From Blastocatellia bacterium (GTDB lineage Bacteria; Acidobacteriota; Blastocatellia; UBA7656): a stretch of 64,000 nucleotides of DNA. Made by a program: the position numbers and the translations under genes. Under the pieces are notes generated by a model. The model saw only the letters and a list, made by a program, of their open reading frames with translations, ran no database searches and was not told where the DNA came from. The stretch covers positions 3,156 through 67,155 of the forward strand of contig DATFGQ010000084.1 in NCBI GenBank assembly GCA_035249305.1, in the 5' to 3' direction. Of the stretch, positions 1-10,187 are shown one piece after another (position 1 is the first letter of the stretch; each line of letters starts with the position of its first letter).

Positions 1-1
1 C

Positions 2-1744
2 GGCCAGCTCGACTACGTCGCCTTTTACGACAAGCCGCTCCTTAAATTCGAGCGGATGCTTGAGACGTATCTCGACTACGCGCCGGCCGGGTTCCGCTCG
101 TTTCTGAAAGCCATGCCCGTCTGGATGAAAGAGAAGCTCTGGATGCCGGACGTGATCTCGACAGAGCTCGCGAAAGCCGACGGGGCCTCGGACAAGCGAG
201 AGGCGAAGCGGCGCGCGAAGCGATTCTCGTTCCCTATTCTCTTCGGCGACCACCACGAAAGCCATGCCGCGAGCGCGTTTTACCCTTCGCCCTTCGAGCA
301 GGCCGCGATACTGACGATGGACGGCGTAGGCGAGTGGGCGACTAGCTCCGTAGGCATCGGGAGCGCTAACGAGATAACGATGCTCAAAGAGCTACGCTTC
401 CCCGACAGCCTCGGCCTGCTCTACAGCGCGTTCACCTACTACACGGGGTTCAAGGTCAACAGCGGCGAGTACAAAGTCATGGGGCTCGCGCCGTATGGTG
501 AGCCGCGCTACGTCTCGCTCATCAAAGAGAAGCTGGTCGAGGTGCGCGAAGACGGGAGCCTGCGGATGAATCACGACTATTTCGGCTACGGCGCGGGCTT
601 GCGCATGACGAACCGCGCTTTCGCGCGGCTGTTCGGCGAGCCGCCGCGCCCGCCCGAATCTCCGCTCACGCAAAAGCACATGGACCTTGCGCGCAGCATA
701 CAGGCGGTCACCGAAGAGGTGATGCTCAAGATGGCCTGCTACGCTCACCGCGAGACGGGGATGAAGCGGCTCTGCATGGCCGGCGGCGTCGCGTTGAACT
801 GCGTAGGCAACGGCAGGCTCTTGCGCGAAGGGCCGTTTGAAGAGATATGGATTCAGCCGGCGGCGGGCGACGCGGGCGGCGCGCTCGGAGTGGCCCTGGC
901 CATCTGGCACCGCTATCTCGGCCGAGCGCGCGTCAGCCCTGAAAAGACGGGCGCGTGGGCTTCTCGAAACGGCAAAGCCATCGCGCCCTACGCGGACGGG
1001 ATGAAGGGATCTCTGCTCGGCCCGCAGGATAAAGAGAGCGAGATCGAAGATTTTTTGAAGAGCCGCGGGTTGCCGTACAAGAAGTATTCGAGGGAAGAGC
1101 TGCCCGCGCGGGTAGCCCACCTGCTTGCGAGCGGAAAGGTCGTAGGGCTCCATCAAGGTCGCATGGAGTTCGGCCCGCGCGCGCTGGGCGCTCGCAGCAT
1201 CATAGGTGACGCACGCTCGCCCAGGATGCAGTCGGTGATGAATCTGAAGATCAAGTACCGCGAGAGCTTTCGCCCGTTCGCGCCGAGCGTCACGCGCGAG
1301 CGCGTCGGCGAGTGGTTCGAGCTGGATGCGGACAGCCCTTACATGCTGATCGTGGCCGAAGTGGCGAAGCACAGGCTGCGGCCGATGACCGAAGAGGAAG
1401 AGAAGTTGTGGGGCATAGAGAAGCTCAACTGCGTGCGATCAGAGATACCGGCGGTCACGCACGTAGACTATTCCGCTCGCGTGCAGACCGTCAGGCGCGA
1501 GACGAACCCGCTCTACTGGGAGATAATCGAAGCCTTTCGCGAGCAGACGGGCTGCCCCGTGATCGTGAACACGAGCTTCAACGTGAGGGGCGAGCCGATC
1601 GTCTGCACGGTCGAAGACAGTTATCGTTGTTTTATGAGGACGGAGATGGACGCGCTGGTGCTGGAGACATGCGTGCTTGAAAAAGAGCGTCAGCCCGCGT
1701 TCAAGGATGACAAAGACTGGCGACGCGAATTCGCCCTCGATTGA
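2..1744 (+). CDS. Carbamoyltransferase (NodU/CmcH family), 5'-truncated by the window edge
   Basis: The frame is open from nt 2 (..VAFYDKPLLKFERMLETYL..). Motifs GDHHESHAASAFYPSPF, MDGVGEWATSS, QPAAGDAGGALG and IVNTSFNVRGEPIV are typical of NodU/CmcH O-carbamoyltransferases. Confidence 0.85.
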   Translation, partial: GQLDYVAFYDKPLLKFERMLETYLDYAPAGFRSFLKAMPVWMKEKLWMPDVISTELAKADGASDKREAKRRAKRFSFPILFGDHHESHAASAFYPSPFEQAAILTMDGVGEWATSSVGIGSANEITMLKELRFPDSLGLLYSAFTYYTGFKVNSGEYKVMGLAPYGEPRYVSLIKEKLVEVREDGSLRMNHDYFGYGAGLRMTNRAFARLFGEPPRPPESPLTQKHMDLARSIQAVTEEVMLKMACYAHRETGMKRLCMAGGVALNCVGNGRLLREGPFEEIWIQPAAGDAGGALGVALAIWHRYLGRARVSPEKTGAWASRNGKAIAPYADGMKGSLLGPQDKESEIEDFLKSRGLPYKKYSREELPARVAHLLASGKVVGLHQGRMEFGPRALGARSIIGDARSPRMQSVMNLKIKYRESFRPFAPSVTRERVGEWFELDADSPYMLIVAEVAKHRLRPMTEEEEKLWGIEKLNCVRSEIPAVTHVDYSARVQTVRRETNPLYWEIIEAFREQTGCPVIVNTSFNVRGEPIVCTVEDSYRCFMRTEMDALVLETCVLEKERQPAFKDDKDWRREFALD

Positions 1745-2874
1745 CGACTCTCAGAGAGATTATGAATGCGCCGCGAATACTCGCAATCATCCCGCGCGTC
1801 CCGCCCGTGACCGACGGGATAGGCGACTACGGCCTTGCACTCGCGTCGGCGCTTCGCCGCTTGTCGGGCATCGAGACTGAGTTCGTAGTCGGCGACCCGG
1901 CCTGGGACGGGCCGGCGGAGGTCAAGGGCTTCGCGGTGCGCCGTGTAACTTCGCGGAGCGAGCGAGAGATGCTCGCGCTTTTGCGGCGCGCGGACGGAAG
2001 CGACCCGAGCACTCTGCTCTTGCATTACGAAGGCTACGGCTACGCCAATCGCGGCTGCCCCGTGTGGCTCGTAGACGCCCTTGCGCGATGGAAGAATGCT
2101 ACGGCCCGGCGGCGTCTGGTGACGATCTTTCACGAGCTTTATGCCACGGGGCCGCTGTGGACCAGCTCTTTCTGGCTATCGCCCTTGCAAAGGAGACTCG
2201 CCCGGCGGCTTGTCAGGCTGAGCGATCAACGCCTGACGAGCCTCGGCCTGTACGCCGGGATTGTGCAAAAGCTCGGCAACGGCATAAAGGCGGAAGCGCT
2301 CAGCCTTCCGGTCTTCTCAAGCATCGGCGAGCCCGCCGCCACGTCGCCGCTTTGCGAGCGGAGCCGACGCCTGGTCGTGTTCGGCACACGCGGGCGCAGG
2401 ATCGAAGTCTACAGAAGGTCCGCCGCGGAATTGAATCGCATCTGCCGCCAGCTTGGCATCACAGAGATCATAGACATCGGCAGGCCGATCGATTTCGACA
2501 TCGCGAGCGTAATCGACACGCCGGTCGTGACGTGCGGCGAGCTGGCCGGCGCGGAGGTCAGTCGATGGATGCTCGATTCGATGGCCGGCGTGATCGACTA
2601 CCCCGCGAGATTCCTCGGCAAGTCGACGATATTCGCGGCCTATTGCGCGCATGGCATTATCCCGATCGTTGCGAGCGCTGACGCTCCACTGCCCGCCGAA
2701 GGGCTTGAAGCGGGCCGTCATTACTGGCTCACGGATGAATCGGAAGCTCTCGATATCGATTCGGGGCAGTTGATTGCCGACAATGCCCTGGCTTGGTATC
2801 AAGCGCACAATCTTTCGATCCATGCAGAAAACCTCGCCGCTTGTTTAGGCGGTATCGGATCACCTATACGGTAA
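1741..2874 (+). CDS. Divergent GT-B-like glycosyltransferase (family-1-like), specificity unknown
   Basis: The N-terminus ILAIIPRVPPVTDGIGDYGLALASAL resembles a GT4 N-domain. The C-terminal GKSTIFAAYCAHGIIPIV sits where GT4 enzymes carry E..G....EAMA.G.PVV but is degenerate. The start is either TTG 1741, overlapping the upstream stop, or ATG 1762 (MNAPRILAII). Confidence 0.5.
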   Translation: MTTLREIMNAPRILAIIPRVPPVTDGIGDYGLALASALRRLSGIETEFVVGDPAWDGPAEVKGFAVRRVTSRSEREMLALLRRADGSDPSTLLLHYEGYGYANRGCPVWLVDALARWKNATARRRLVTIFHELYATGPLWTSSFWLSPLQRRLARRLVRLSDQRLTSLGLYAGIVQKLGNGIKAEALSLPVFSSIGEPAATSPLCERSRRLVVFGTRGRRIEVYRRSAAELNRICRQLGITEIIDIGRPIDFDIASVIDTPVVTCGELAGAEVSRWMLDSMAGVIDYPARFLGKSTIFAAYCAHGIIPIVASADAPLPAEGLEAGRHYWLTDESEALDIDSGQLIADNALAWYQAHNLSIHAENLAACLGGIGSPIR

Positions 2875-4859
2875 ACACAGAGACTAGAGCTAGAGTATTG
2901 GTAGCTGTAATAAAAGGATCACAGGGACATAATGAACGAAAAGCAACGCTCCCCGTAGCAATTCTCTGTGTAGCCCTATCCGTTACGGCCGTAGTGCCGT
3001 TCTTTTTCATGGGGAGGTCAGATTCCGACAGTGTATCGTTGCTAAGGATGCCCCAAACGCAAGATATGAGCTTGCACTACGAGCAGATGAGATCTTTTTA
3101 TAACGGACTGTCTACGGGAGAGGTCTACCCTCGGTGGGAAAAGGATGTGAACCGTGGGTTCGGCTCGCCGACGATGACCTATTATCCGCCTGGAATCTAT
3201 TATGTCACTTCAGCCTTTTACGCTACTTCGGGTGACTGGATTATTGCTCTCCTTGGCACACACTTATTGATGATGCTCTGTTCGGCTGCCGCCATTTACG
3301 TTTATGCGCGTCAGACGATGTCAACGTTTGCGGCGGCGGTCGTGATGGCCCTTTATATCTTTCTCCCATATCGTCTGATGGACCAGTATGTGCGCGGCGC
3401 TCTGGCAGAGCTATCGTGCTTTGTGTGGATGCCGTTGATCCTACTGTTCGGTGAAAAACTTTTTCGCCGGCGAGAGCATCCGAACGCAGAGGATTCTCTG
3501 TCTGCCTCGCGAAGGCTAATATGCATCTCAGGTTTCGCAGTGAGCTATGGGGCATTCATCTGGTCACATCCGCCGACAGCTTATCAGTTTTCTCTCGCCT
3601 TTGGCTTATACCTGGTGATATTGGCCTGGCTCAGAAGAGATTTCATAGGTCTCATCTATGCTGGCGCAGCTATAACATTAGGGCTGGCCGTTTCCGCGGC
3701 TTACCTCTACCCGGCTGCTGCCGAAGAAGATTTGATCCGTAATGAATACGTCTCGGAAGCCTGGCCTTATCATGACTCTTATGTTTTCAGGCGCGGACTT
3801 TACGATATTGCTTCGCACCAACTATTGATCGATTCAATCTGGTTATTCGGGGCCGTACTTATTTTGGCTTGCGCCCTTGTGCTGCTCGCAATCAAGTCAA
3901 ACTCAAAGACGCTTTCACCAAGTTTGAAAGAGCGCGTGGCGCTATGGATAGTGATGGGAGGCTTTGCGAGCTTCATGATGACAGAGTTTTCTTATCCGAT
4001 TGGGCGTATCATCCCGAAGATCGATATGGGCATCTTTGCCTGGCGCATGCTCTCGATAACAACCCTGGCGCTCGCCTTGCTCGCCGGGGCTTGCGTTCAA
4101 GCGTCACTCAAGACCGCCGAAGGGCGGAAGAAGAGCTATCTATTCGCGCTCCGGTCGCTCGCAGTTGTCATAGCTTTGGGAGGGGTGATATTCGGGGGCG
4201 CGGTAATTATCGCGCGAGCTTTTAGCGCGCGACCTCCTTTTGCCCCATCCGTTGAACACATGAACTTTGCGACTATTCCGCGCTCTGCGAATAAAGACCT
4301 TCTTGCACTTCCCATTGTAGAACCTGCCGAGCTTACTGAAGGTAACGGGAGAATATCGATTGAGCGATGGGAATCGCACCACCGATCAATCCTCGTAGAC
4401 CTGGTTAAACCCGATCAATTGCTCATACGCACATTTGACTTTCCGGGGTGGGCTGCGACCATCGACGGCAAGCCCGCCGAGATCAAACATGGAAGCGCGC
4501 TCAGACTCAGATTGAATGAAGTTACCGATGCGGTGACAATATCCGGTCGAGATCGACCTGTTAGAACGAATGAAAACTTTGAAGCGTTAGTTCGCTCTAA
4601 TGATTCAACCGGAGATAAAATTCTAGTCAGGGGAAAGCCTGTCGAGGTCATTGGTAGGGAAACCGTAGGGGACATCAATCTCGACCTGCCTGAAGGCAGG
4701 CATCGGATCAATCTTGATTTCTTGGAGTCAACTCCAACACGGATAGCAAACCTTATCACAATATCATCCTTTTCTTTGGTGGTCCTAGTATCAGTCGGAG
4801 CCTTTATTCAGGTATCACGAGCTGAAAGGAAAAAACGGCTGGTCATCGTCAGGGAGTGA
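2793..4859 (+). CDS. Large polytopic membrane protein with GT-C-like architecture (YfhO/ArnT/PMT-like) and a C-terminal soluble domain
   Basis: There are many hydrophobic helices in the first ~470 aa (LPVAILCVALSVTAVVPFFF, IIALLGTHLLMMLCSAAAIYVY, FAAAVVMALYIFL, FVWMPLILLF and others). The first loop reads RMPQTQDMSLHYEQMRSF..YPRWEKDVNRGFGSP. A ~190 aa non-hydrophobic region follows, then a terminal helix ITISSFSLVVLVSVGAFIQV. The start is uncertain: ATG 2793 overlaps the upstream gene by 82 nt, and TTG 2898 would still keep helix 1. Confidence 0.5.
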   Translation: MVSSAQSFDPCRKPRRLFRRYRITYTVNTETRARVLVAVIKGSQGHNERKATLPVAILCVALSVTAVVPFFFMGRSDSDSVSLLRMPQTQDMSLHYEQMRSFYNGLSTGEVYPRWEKDVNRGFGSPTMTYYPPGIYYVTSAFYATSGDWIIALLGTHLLMMLCSAAAIYVYARQTMSTFAAAVVMALYIFLPYRLMDQYVRGALAELSCFVWMPLILLFGEKLFRRREHPNAEDSLSASRRLICISGFAVSYGAFIWSHPPTAYQFSLAFGLYLVILAWLRRDFIGLIYAGAAITLGLAVSAAYLYPAAAEEDLIRNEYVSEAWPYHDSYVFRRGLYDIASHQLLIDSIWLFGAVLILACALVLLAIKSNSKTLSPSLKERVALWIVMGGFASFMMTEFSYPIGRIIPKIDMGIFAWRMLSITTLALALLAGACVQASLKTAEGRKKSYLFALRSLAVVIALGGVIFGGAVIIARAFSARPPFAPSVEHMNFATIPRSANKDLLALPIVEPAELTEGNGRISIERWESHHRSILVDLVKPDQLLIRTFDFPGWAATIDGKPAEIKHGSALRLRLNEVTDAVTISGRDRPVRTNENFEALVRSNDSTGDKILVRGKPVEVIGRETVGDINLDLPEGRHRINLDFLESTPTRIANLITISSFSLVVLVSVGAFIQVSRAERKKRLVIVRE

Positions 4860-4895
4860 TTCTAGTAAGGCCGCGGGCCTAGAGTATTAGTTTCT

Positions 4896-6518
4896 ATGAG
4901 CAGTCTGGTCAAAACGGTATCGCGTTTCCAATCTATTCCGAAGCGGTGGGGCGAGAACAAACCGATCCTGATAACGCTCGCCGTCGGCCTCTTCGGCGTA
5001 TATCTGATATACGTCGCCACGCGCACGCCGGGAGCAATCGGCGGCATCGAGCCGGCCTTCATGGTGCTGGGGCTCGTCCTGGTCGTTCTAGCAGTGCGCG
5101 ACTGGAAGCTCGGCATAAAAACGCTCCTGGTCGTCGTTATTATCGAGGGGGCGGTCCGCAAATGGTTCATGGCGTCGGCGACTGAGCTGGTCTACTTTTA
5201 TAAAGACATCCTGATGCTTGCCACGCTGGCCGGTTATTTAAGGAGGCGGAGCAAAACGCCTTTCCTCATCAAACGCCATCTCAAATTGGTTTCGCTGATA
5301 CTCGCTGTCTTCACCCTGTATGCGTTCGCATCAATGGGCTTGCCCGGAGGCCCGCACCCGGTAATCGGACTGCTCGGCCTCAAAGCCTATTGCTTATACA
5401 TCCCGCTCGCGTTTCTTACGCCGAGAGCATTCTCCAGCAAGGAAGAGTTGTTGCGATTCTTGAAATGGTATCTGCTCATCGTCTTCCCTGTCGCCGTCAT
5501 CGGCGTGATGCAATTCCTCGACACCAACTCACAATCCGTGCTCAACCGCTACGCGTTGAGTGAAGAGACGAGCGGGCGGGCTACGAACATCGCCACGTTC
5601 GGCACGGCCTCTGAGGTCTACTTCGTGCGCATCACAAGCACTTTCTCCTACGTGACGGGGCTTTCGGTTTACCTGCCGGTCATGTTCGCGATGCTGCTCG
5701 CCCTCATCTCTCTGAACACCAGGCAACACCTCAAGCGCGGCGTCAAGGCGCTCTATTACACCGCGGCGGGCGCGACCGTCGTGCTGTCGGTGATGACAGG
5801 CAGCCGCGGGGCGGTGCTGGCAATAGCGCTTGTCGCGATCATCTTCTACTTCTTCACGTCGCGGCGAAATACGTTTCGGCGGCTCCAGCAGATGGCCGTC
5901 GTCGGCGTCATCCTCTACATCGCCCTGATGACTCTGTTCCCGCAAGCGTATGACGCTTTCTACAACCGCACGTTCGGCACCGAAGACCGGATGAATGAAG
6001 GGTGGGAGAGAATTGCCTCGGCGTTGAACCTCCCCGTCGACGAAGCCTCATACGCAGGGCTGCTCGGCTACGGCATAGGGCTGACGCAGAATTCCGTCCC
6101 CGCTCTGATGAAGCGGTTGGATATGACCGATCAAGGCAACCCGATTCCCATACCGTGGGAGAGCGAGCCGGGGCGCGTGATGCTGGAGCTCGGGCTGGCA
6201 GGCTTTGTGCTCTACACGCTGTTGCGCCTGGCGCTGCTATTCACGGTCTTTCGGCTCTGCCTGGCTATCCGCGACCCCGAATCGAAGTTGATTGCCTTCG
6301 CGGCGGCGGCGTCGCTCGCGCTGCCTTTGATTATCGGCGGCGCTGTTGTCATTCACACGCAGAACGTCTACCAGTGGTTCCTCGTCGGCGTAGTGCTGGC
6401 GCTGCTGAATGCCGAGAGGCTGCAACGACTGGCCGCGAGGCCGCCAGCGCCTTTCGGCGTCCGGGCGGTCCCGCTCTCTCAGTCGAATATGCGCGCGAAT
6501 CTCGATCAAGAACAGTGA
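4896..6518 (+). CDS. O-antigen ligase/polymerase-like membrane protein (Wzy_C-type)
   Basis: The protein is multi-pass. The segment MTGSRGAVLAIALVAIIFYFF, followed by a long loop (NRTFGTEDRMNEGWERIASALNLPVDEASYAGLLGYGIG), is characteristic of the Wzy_C / O-antigen ligase family. It also sits inside a glycan cluster. Confidence 0.6.
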   Translation: MSSLVKTVSRFQSIPKRWGENKPILITLAVGLFGVYLIYVATRTPGAIGGIEPAFMVLGLVLVVLAVRDWKLGIKTLLVVVIIEGAVRKWFMASATELVYFYKDILMLATLAGYLRRRSKTPFLIKRHLKLVSLILAVFTLYAFASMGLPGGPHPVIGLLGLKAYCLYIPLAFLTPRAFSSKEELLRFLKWYLLIVFPVAVIGVMQFLDTNSQSVLNRYALSEETSGRATNIATFGTASEVYFVRITSTFSYVTGLSVYLPVMFAMLLALISLNTRQHLKRGVKALYYTAAGATVVLSVMTGSRGAVLAIALVAIIFYFFTSRRNTFRRLQQMAVVGVILYIALMTLFPQAYDAFYNRTFGTEDRMNEGWERIASALNLPVDEASYAGLLGYGIGLTQNSVPALMKRLDMTDQGNPIPIPWESEPGRVMLELGLAGFVLYTLLRLALLFTVFRLCLAIRDPESKLIAFAAAASLALPLIIGGAVVIHTQNVYQWFLVGVVLALLNAERLQRLAARPPAPFGVRAVPLSQSNMRANLDQEQ

Positions 6519-7735
6519 TGCGCAATACCAGGCCCAGCGTCCTGCTGGTATCGTCTCAGCCTATTCAGAACGCCGCGTCGCTACAGGCCATGGCTCGCAA
6601 CACCAGAGTCAAGGTGCTCACGGCTTACTGTAGCCTCCCGGACCGCAGGCTCTACCACGACGCCGAACATCTGACCAAGGAAGCCTTCGACCTGCCGTTG
6701 CTCGAAGGCTACGACTGGGTGCGAGTGGCGAACTATTCTCCGCTGCCGCGGCTGGGCAAGTTCTACGGCTTGATAAACCCCGGCATCGTCAAGCTCGTAT
6801 CGAGCTCGGACTGCTGCATCATCTATGGCCATGCCTACGTTAGTTTCTGGCTCGCTATCGCTACGGCAAAGCTCCTGCGAAAACCTCTGTTGTTAGGCAC
6901 AGACGCCACGTCGCTCCAGTCTCATTATGGCGGCCGGACCTGGAAGTCTTCTCTGAAAAAGCGGGTCTTCCCGTTTCTCTATAACCGGATTGCCGACGGG
7001 GTGCTCGTCCCTTCGACGGCTTCGAGACGCTTCATCTGCTCGCTCGGCGTCGGCGAAGAGAGAGTTATGCTCACGCCTTACGTAGTCGATAACGACTCTA
7101 TCGCCGCCATCGCCGCCGCGACTGACCGCAAAAAGATTCGCGAAGAGTGGCAGGCGCCCGAAGACGCATCGGTGGCCGTCTTCTGCGCGAAGATGCTGCC
7201 GCGCAAGCGCCCGCAGGATGCATTGCGGGCGTTCGCTCAAGCCAACGTCCCGAACAGCTACCTCATCATGGTCGGCGAAGGCCCTTTGAGCGATAGCCTG
7301 CGCGACGAGGCCGAGCGGCTGGCCATCAAAGACCGCGTGCGATTCATAGGTCTTGTCAAATACTCTCATCTGCCGCAGGTCTACGCCGCCAGTGACGTGC
7401 TCATCTTCCCCTCCGAGCACGAGCCATACGGGCTGCCCGTCAACGAAGCGATGATATGCGGCATCCCAGCGATCGTCAGCGACCGCGTGGGCGCCGCAAT
7501 CGATCTGGTGGAGGAGGGCAAGACGGGGTTCGTTTATCCCTGCGGCGACGTGGACGGCCTGGCCGCGCTGCTGCGCAAAGTTCTATCCGACCGCGAGCTG
7601 TTAAACAGGTTGGGCGACGCGGCTCGTAAACGGATCGCCGCCTGGTCGCCGTGCGAAAATGCCGAAGCGACTATACGCGCCGTCGAGAGAGCCCTGGCCG
7701 CGCGCCATGCGCGGGCAAAAGCTGCACGATCATGA
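6518..7735 (+). CDS. Glycosyltransferase family 1 (GT4-type)
   Basis: Begins MRNTRPSVLLVSSQP, with ATG 6518 overlapping the upstream stop (TGATG). The C-terminal EX7E region is FPSEHEPYGLPVNEAMICGIPAIVSD. The tracked ORF 6002..7735 carries an Arg-rich N-terminal extension that overlaps the Wzy-like gene and is not credible. Confidence 0.8.
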   Translation: MRNTRPSVLLVSSQPIQNAASLQAMARNTRVKVLTAYCSLPDRRLYHDAEHLTKEAFDLPLLEGYDWVRVANYSPLPRLGKFYGLINPGIVKLVSSSDCCIIYGHAYVSFWLAIATAKLLRKPLLLGTDATSLQSHYGGRTWKSSLKKRVFPFLYNRIADGVLVPSTASRRFICSLGVGEERVMLTPYVVDNDSIAAIAAATDRKKIREEWQAPEDASVAVFCAKMLPRKRPQDALRAFAQANVPNSYLIMVGEGPLSDSLRDEAERLAIKDRVRFIGLVKYSHLPQVYAASDVLIFPSEHEPYGLPVNEAMICGIPAIVSDRVGAAIDLVEEGKTGFVYPCGDVDGLAALLRKVLSDRELLNRLGDAARKRIAAWSPCENAEATIRAVERALAARHARAKAARS

Positions 7736-7742
7736 TTCGGTG

Positions 7743-8912
7743 ATGAAGATTCTTTTATACAGCAAGGCTTTTCATCCGATGGTAGGAGGTATAGAGACCG
7801 TCACCGCCACTATGGCAGAGCTTCTCAACAAGCTCGGACACCAATGCGACGTGCTCACTCCGGTCGAAAACGCGGAGCCCGACGCCTTCGATTATAAAGT
7901 CCATAGGCGGCCCGGCTTTCTGAAGAAGATAAAGGTCGTCCTGGATGCCGACATCGTCATCTCGAAAGGCGCGTCTCTGGCGATGGTCCCCTATTGCTTG
8001 ATTTTGGGAAGGCCCTTCATCTGGGTGCACGCGGGTTATCAGGCGAGCTGTGTTGACGGCCTCGGCTGGGTCGATGGCATTCCAGCGCCTATGACTCCGA
8101 AAGCCTCTATCGCATTTCACTACAGAAAGAGCGGATTGCTCTTTGCCGCAAGGGCGGCGCTCAAGTTATACATCAGGCGCTTCGCGTGCAAGCGCATCGT
8201 AACCATGAACGTCGCCGTGAGCGATTGGGTGGCGATGCGGCAGCCATTCAGCAACCAGATCACGATTCACAACCCATTCCCGATCTATCGATTCTCAGGC
8301 GCGTCTCAAACTGCGGAGCCCCGGTATCAATTCTTATACCTGGGAAGGCTGGTCAGCGAGAAAGGTGTCGGCACGCTGATAAAGGCTTTTGCGATTCTGG
8401 TCAAACAGAATCCAGACGATAAGCTCAGGCTGCTCGTAGTCGGTGAGGGTAACTGGCGCGGCAGGCTCGAATCGCTCGCGAAAGAGTCGGGCGTTGAAAA
8501 CAACGTCGAGTTTGCAGGGCGCAAGACGGGTGACGAGCTGACCGGATTGATCGAGCAGTGCGAGATCGCCGTGGTGCCTTCCGAATGGGAAGAGCCTATG
8601 GGTGTCGTCGCGCTGGAGCTGCTGGCGGCCGGGAAGCCTCTGATCGTCTCTAAGAACGGGGGGCTTGCCGAATGCGTCGGAGACGCGGCGCTCCTGTTTG
8701 ACAACGGCGATCACGCGATGCTCGCCGACCGCATGTCGCGGCTGCTCGAAGATGGGCAACTGCGGGCTTCGCTTCAGCAGAAGGCCAGGGAGCAAATCGA
8801 TAAGTTTGATCCCGAGGCACTCGTCAAACAGTACATCAATCTGTTCGACACGGTTCTCGGCGCGCGCAAACAGCAGCGGCGCGGGAATAAAGACCTGCTT
8901 ATTTCGAAATGA
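7743..8912 (+). CDS. Glycosyltransferase family 1
   Basis: Begins MKILLYSKAFHPMVGGIETV. Also has GRLVSEKGV and VPSEWEEPMGVVALELLAAGKPLIVS. Confidence 0.8.
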   Translation: MKILLYSKAFHPMVGGIETVTATMAELLNKLGHQCDVLTPVENAEPDAFDYKVHRRPGFLKKIKVVLDADIVISKGASLAMVPYCLILGRPFIWVHAGYQASCVDGLGWVDGIPAPMTPKASIAFHYRKSGLLFAARAALKLYIRRFACKRIVTMNVAVSDWVAMRQPFSNQITIHNPFPIYRFSGASQTAEPRYQFLYLGRLVSEKGVGTLIKAFAILVKQNPDDKLRLLVVGEGNWRGRLESLAKESGVENNVEFAGRKTGDELTGLIEQCEIAVVPSEWEEPMGVVALELLAAGKPLIVSKNGGLAECVGDAALLFDNGDHAMLADRMSRLLEDGQLRASLQQKAREQIDKFDPEALVKQYINLFDTVLGARKQQRRGNKDLLISK

Positions 8913-10180
8913 GCGTGCTTAAAGAAGCCGTAGACGAGATGGTGGCCGCACCGCCCGGCGCTTTGAGAATCGTTTTGTCGCATCCGCATGGGAACACGAA
9001 CAGCTATCACGCCGCGCGAGCGCTGGCCGAAGAGAGCTGGCTTCACACGTTTCAGACGGGCGTCCTCGGAGACTCGGCGGCGTCGCGGCTGTTCAGCTTA
9101 TTCTCATCCGACATCAAGCATCGCGCACCCGGCCGCAGCTACCGCGGAATTCCTGCCGCGGGTCAGGAGTCTCATGTCGTGTGGGAAGCGGTTTCGCAGT
9201 TGGGTAAAAGGGTGAAGCCAGGCGGACCGACCGCGCGCGTCAACTGGTACGACGTGCTCTTCTGGGGACATGATTTGCAAGTGTCGCGCTCGCTCTCCGG
9301 TGATCTCGACGCGATCTATGCGTATGAAGACGGGGCCATGAAGACGTTTGCCGCGGCGAAGAAAAAAGAGATCGCCACGGTTTACGAGCTGCCGCTCGGG
9401 TATTATCGCGGCGTCGCCCGCGAGATTAACCGCGCTCGCAGCGAGCACGCGCGCTTGCAGCCCACGGACTACGCCGAGCCGTCGTGGAAGCAAGCCCGCA
9501 AAGACGAAGAGCTGAGACTCGCAGACACGGTCATAGTCCCGTGCGCGTGGGCGCTCGACTCGCTTCGCTTCAGCGACGTGGGCGGCGCGAAACCTGCAAT
9601 AAAGATTCCATACGGAACGCCCTCCGACGAGGTCGCCTCAAGGACGGCGCGGCCCGACGGCCCGTTTACCGTTCTGTTCGCGGGTCAGGTCGGGTTGCGC
9701 AAAGGCGTGCCGCATCTGATCGAAGCCTGGGAGAGGCTGCGGCTGAAGGACGCGCGGTTGTTGTTTGCCGGCTCGCTCAGCCTTCCGAAAGAGTATTTGC
9801 GTGAGAAGGCTGGAAGCTTTGAGTACCTCGGCGCGTTGCCGCGCGCGGAGCTTTTCGAACGCATGAGGCAGGCCGACCTGTTCGCCTTCCCGTCTCTGGC
9901 CGAAGGCTTCGGGCTCGTAATCGGAGAAGCGATGGCTTGCGGCGTGCCCGTGCTTACGACCACGAACACGGGCGGGCCGGAGCTGATTACGGACGGCCGC
10001 GAGGGCTGGTGCGTTGCCGCGCATTCGACCGACACGCTCGCCGAGAGGCTAGAGTGGGCCTATCAAAATCGCGACAGGCTTTTTGAGATGGGCAACCTCG
10101 CGCGCCTAAGGGCAGAGCAGTGGACGTGGAAGGATTATCGCCGCAAGCTCGTCCGAGAGCTCGCGCCGTATCTGCAATAG
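8909..10180 (+). CDS. Glycosyltransferase family 1
   Basis: ATGA overlaps the upstream stop. Motifs are GQVGLRKGV and FPSLAEGFGLVIGEAMACGVPVLTTTNTGGPE. Confidence 0.8.
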   Translation: MSVLKEAVDEMVAAPPGALRIVLSHPHGNTNSYHAARALAEESWLHTFQTGVLGDSAASRLFSLFSSDIKHRAPGRSYRGIPAAGQESHVVWEAVSQLGKRVKPGGPTARVNWYDVLFWGHDLQVSRSLSGDLDAIYAYEDGAMKTFAAAKKKEIATVYELPLGYYRGVAREINRARSEHARLQPTDYAEPSWKQARKDEELRLADTVIVPCAWALDSLRFSDVGGAKPAIKIPYGTPSDEVASRTARPDGPFTVLFAGQVGLRKGVPHLIEAWERLRLKDARLLFAGSLSLPKEYLREKAGSFEYLGALPRAELFERMRQADLFAFPSLAEGFGLVIGEAMACGVPVLTTTNTGGPELITDGREGWCVAAHSTDTLAERLEWAYQNRDRLFEMGNLARLRAEQWTWKDYRRKLVRELAPYLQ

Positions 10181-10187
10181 CAGGCGT

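Noticed and set aside
6002-6517. An N-terminal 172-codon extension of the GT1 ORF (tracked as 6002..7735).
   Set aside because: The extension overlaps the 3' third of the Wzy-like gene in another frame and is Arg-rich. The conserved GT1 N-terminus begins at ATG 6518 with a TGATG coupling signal.
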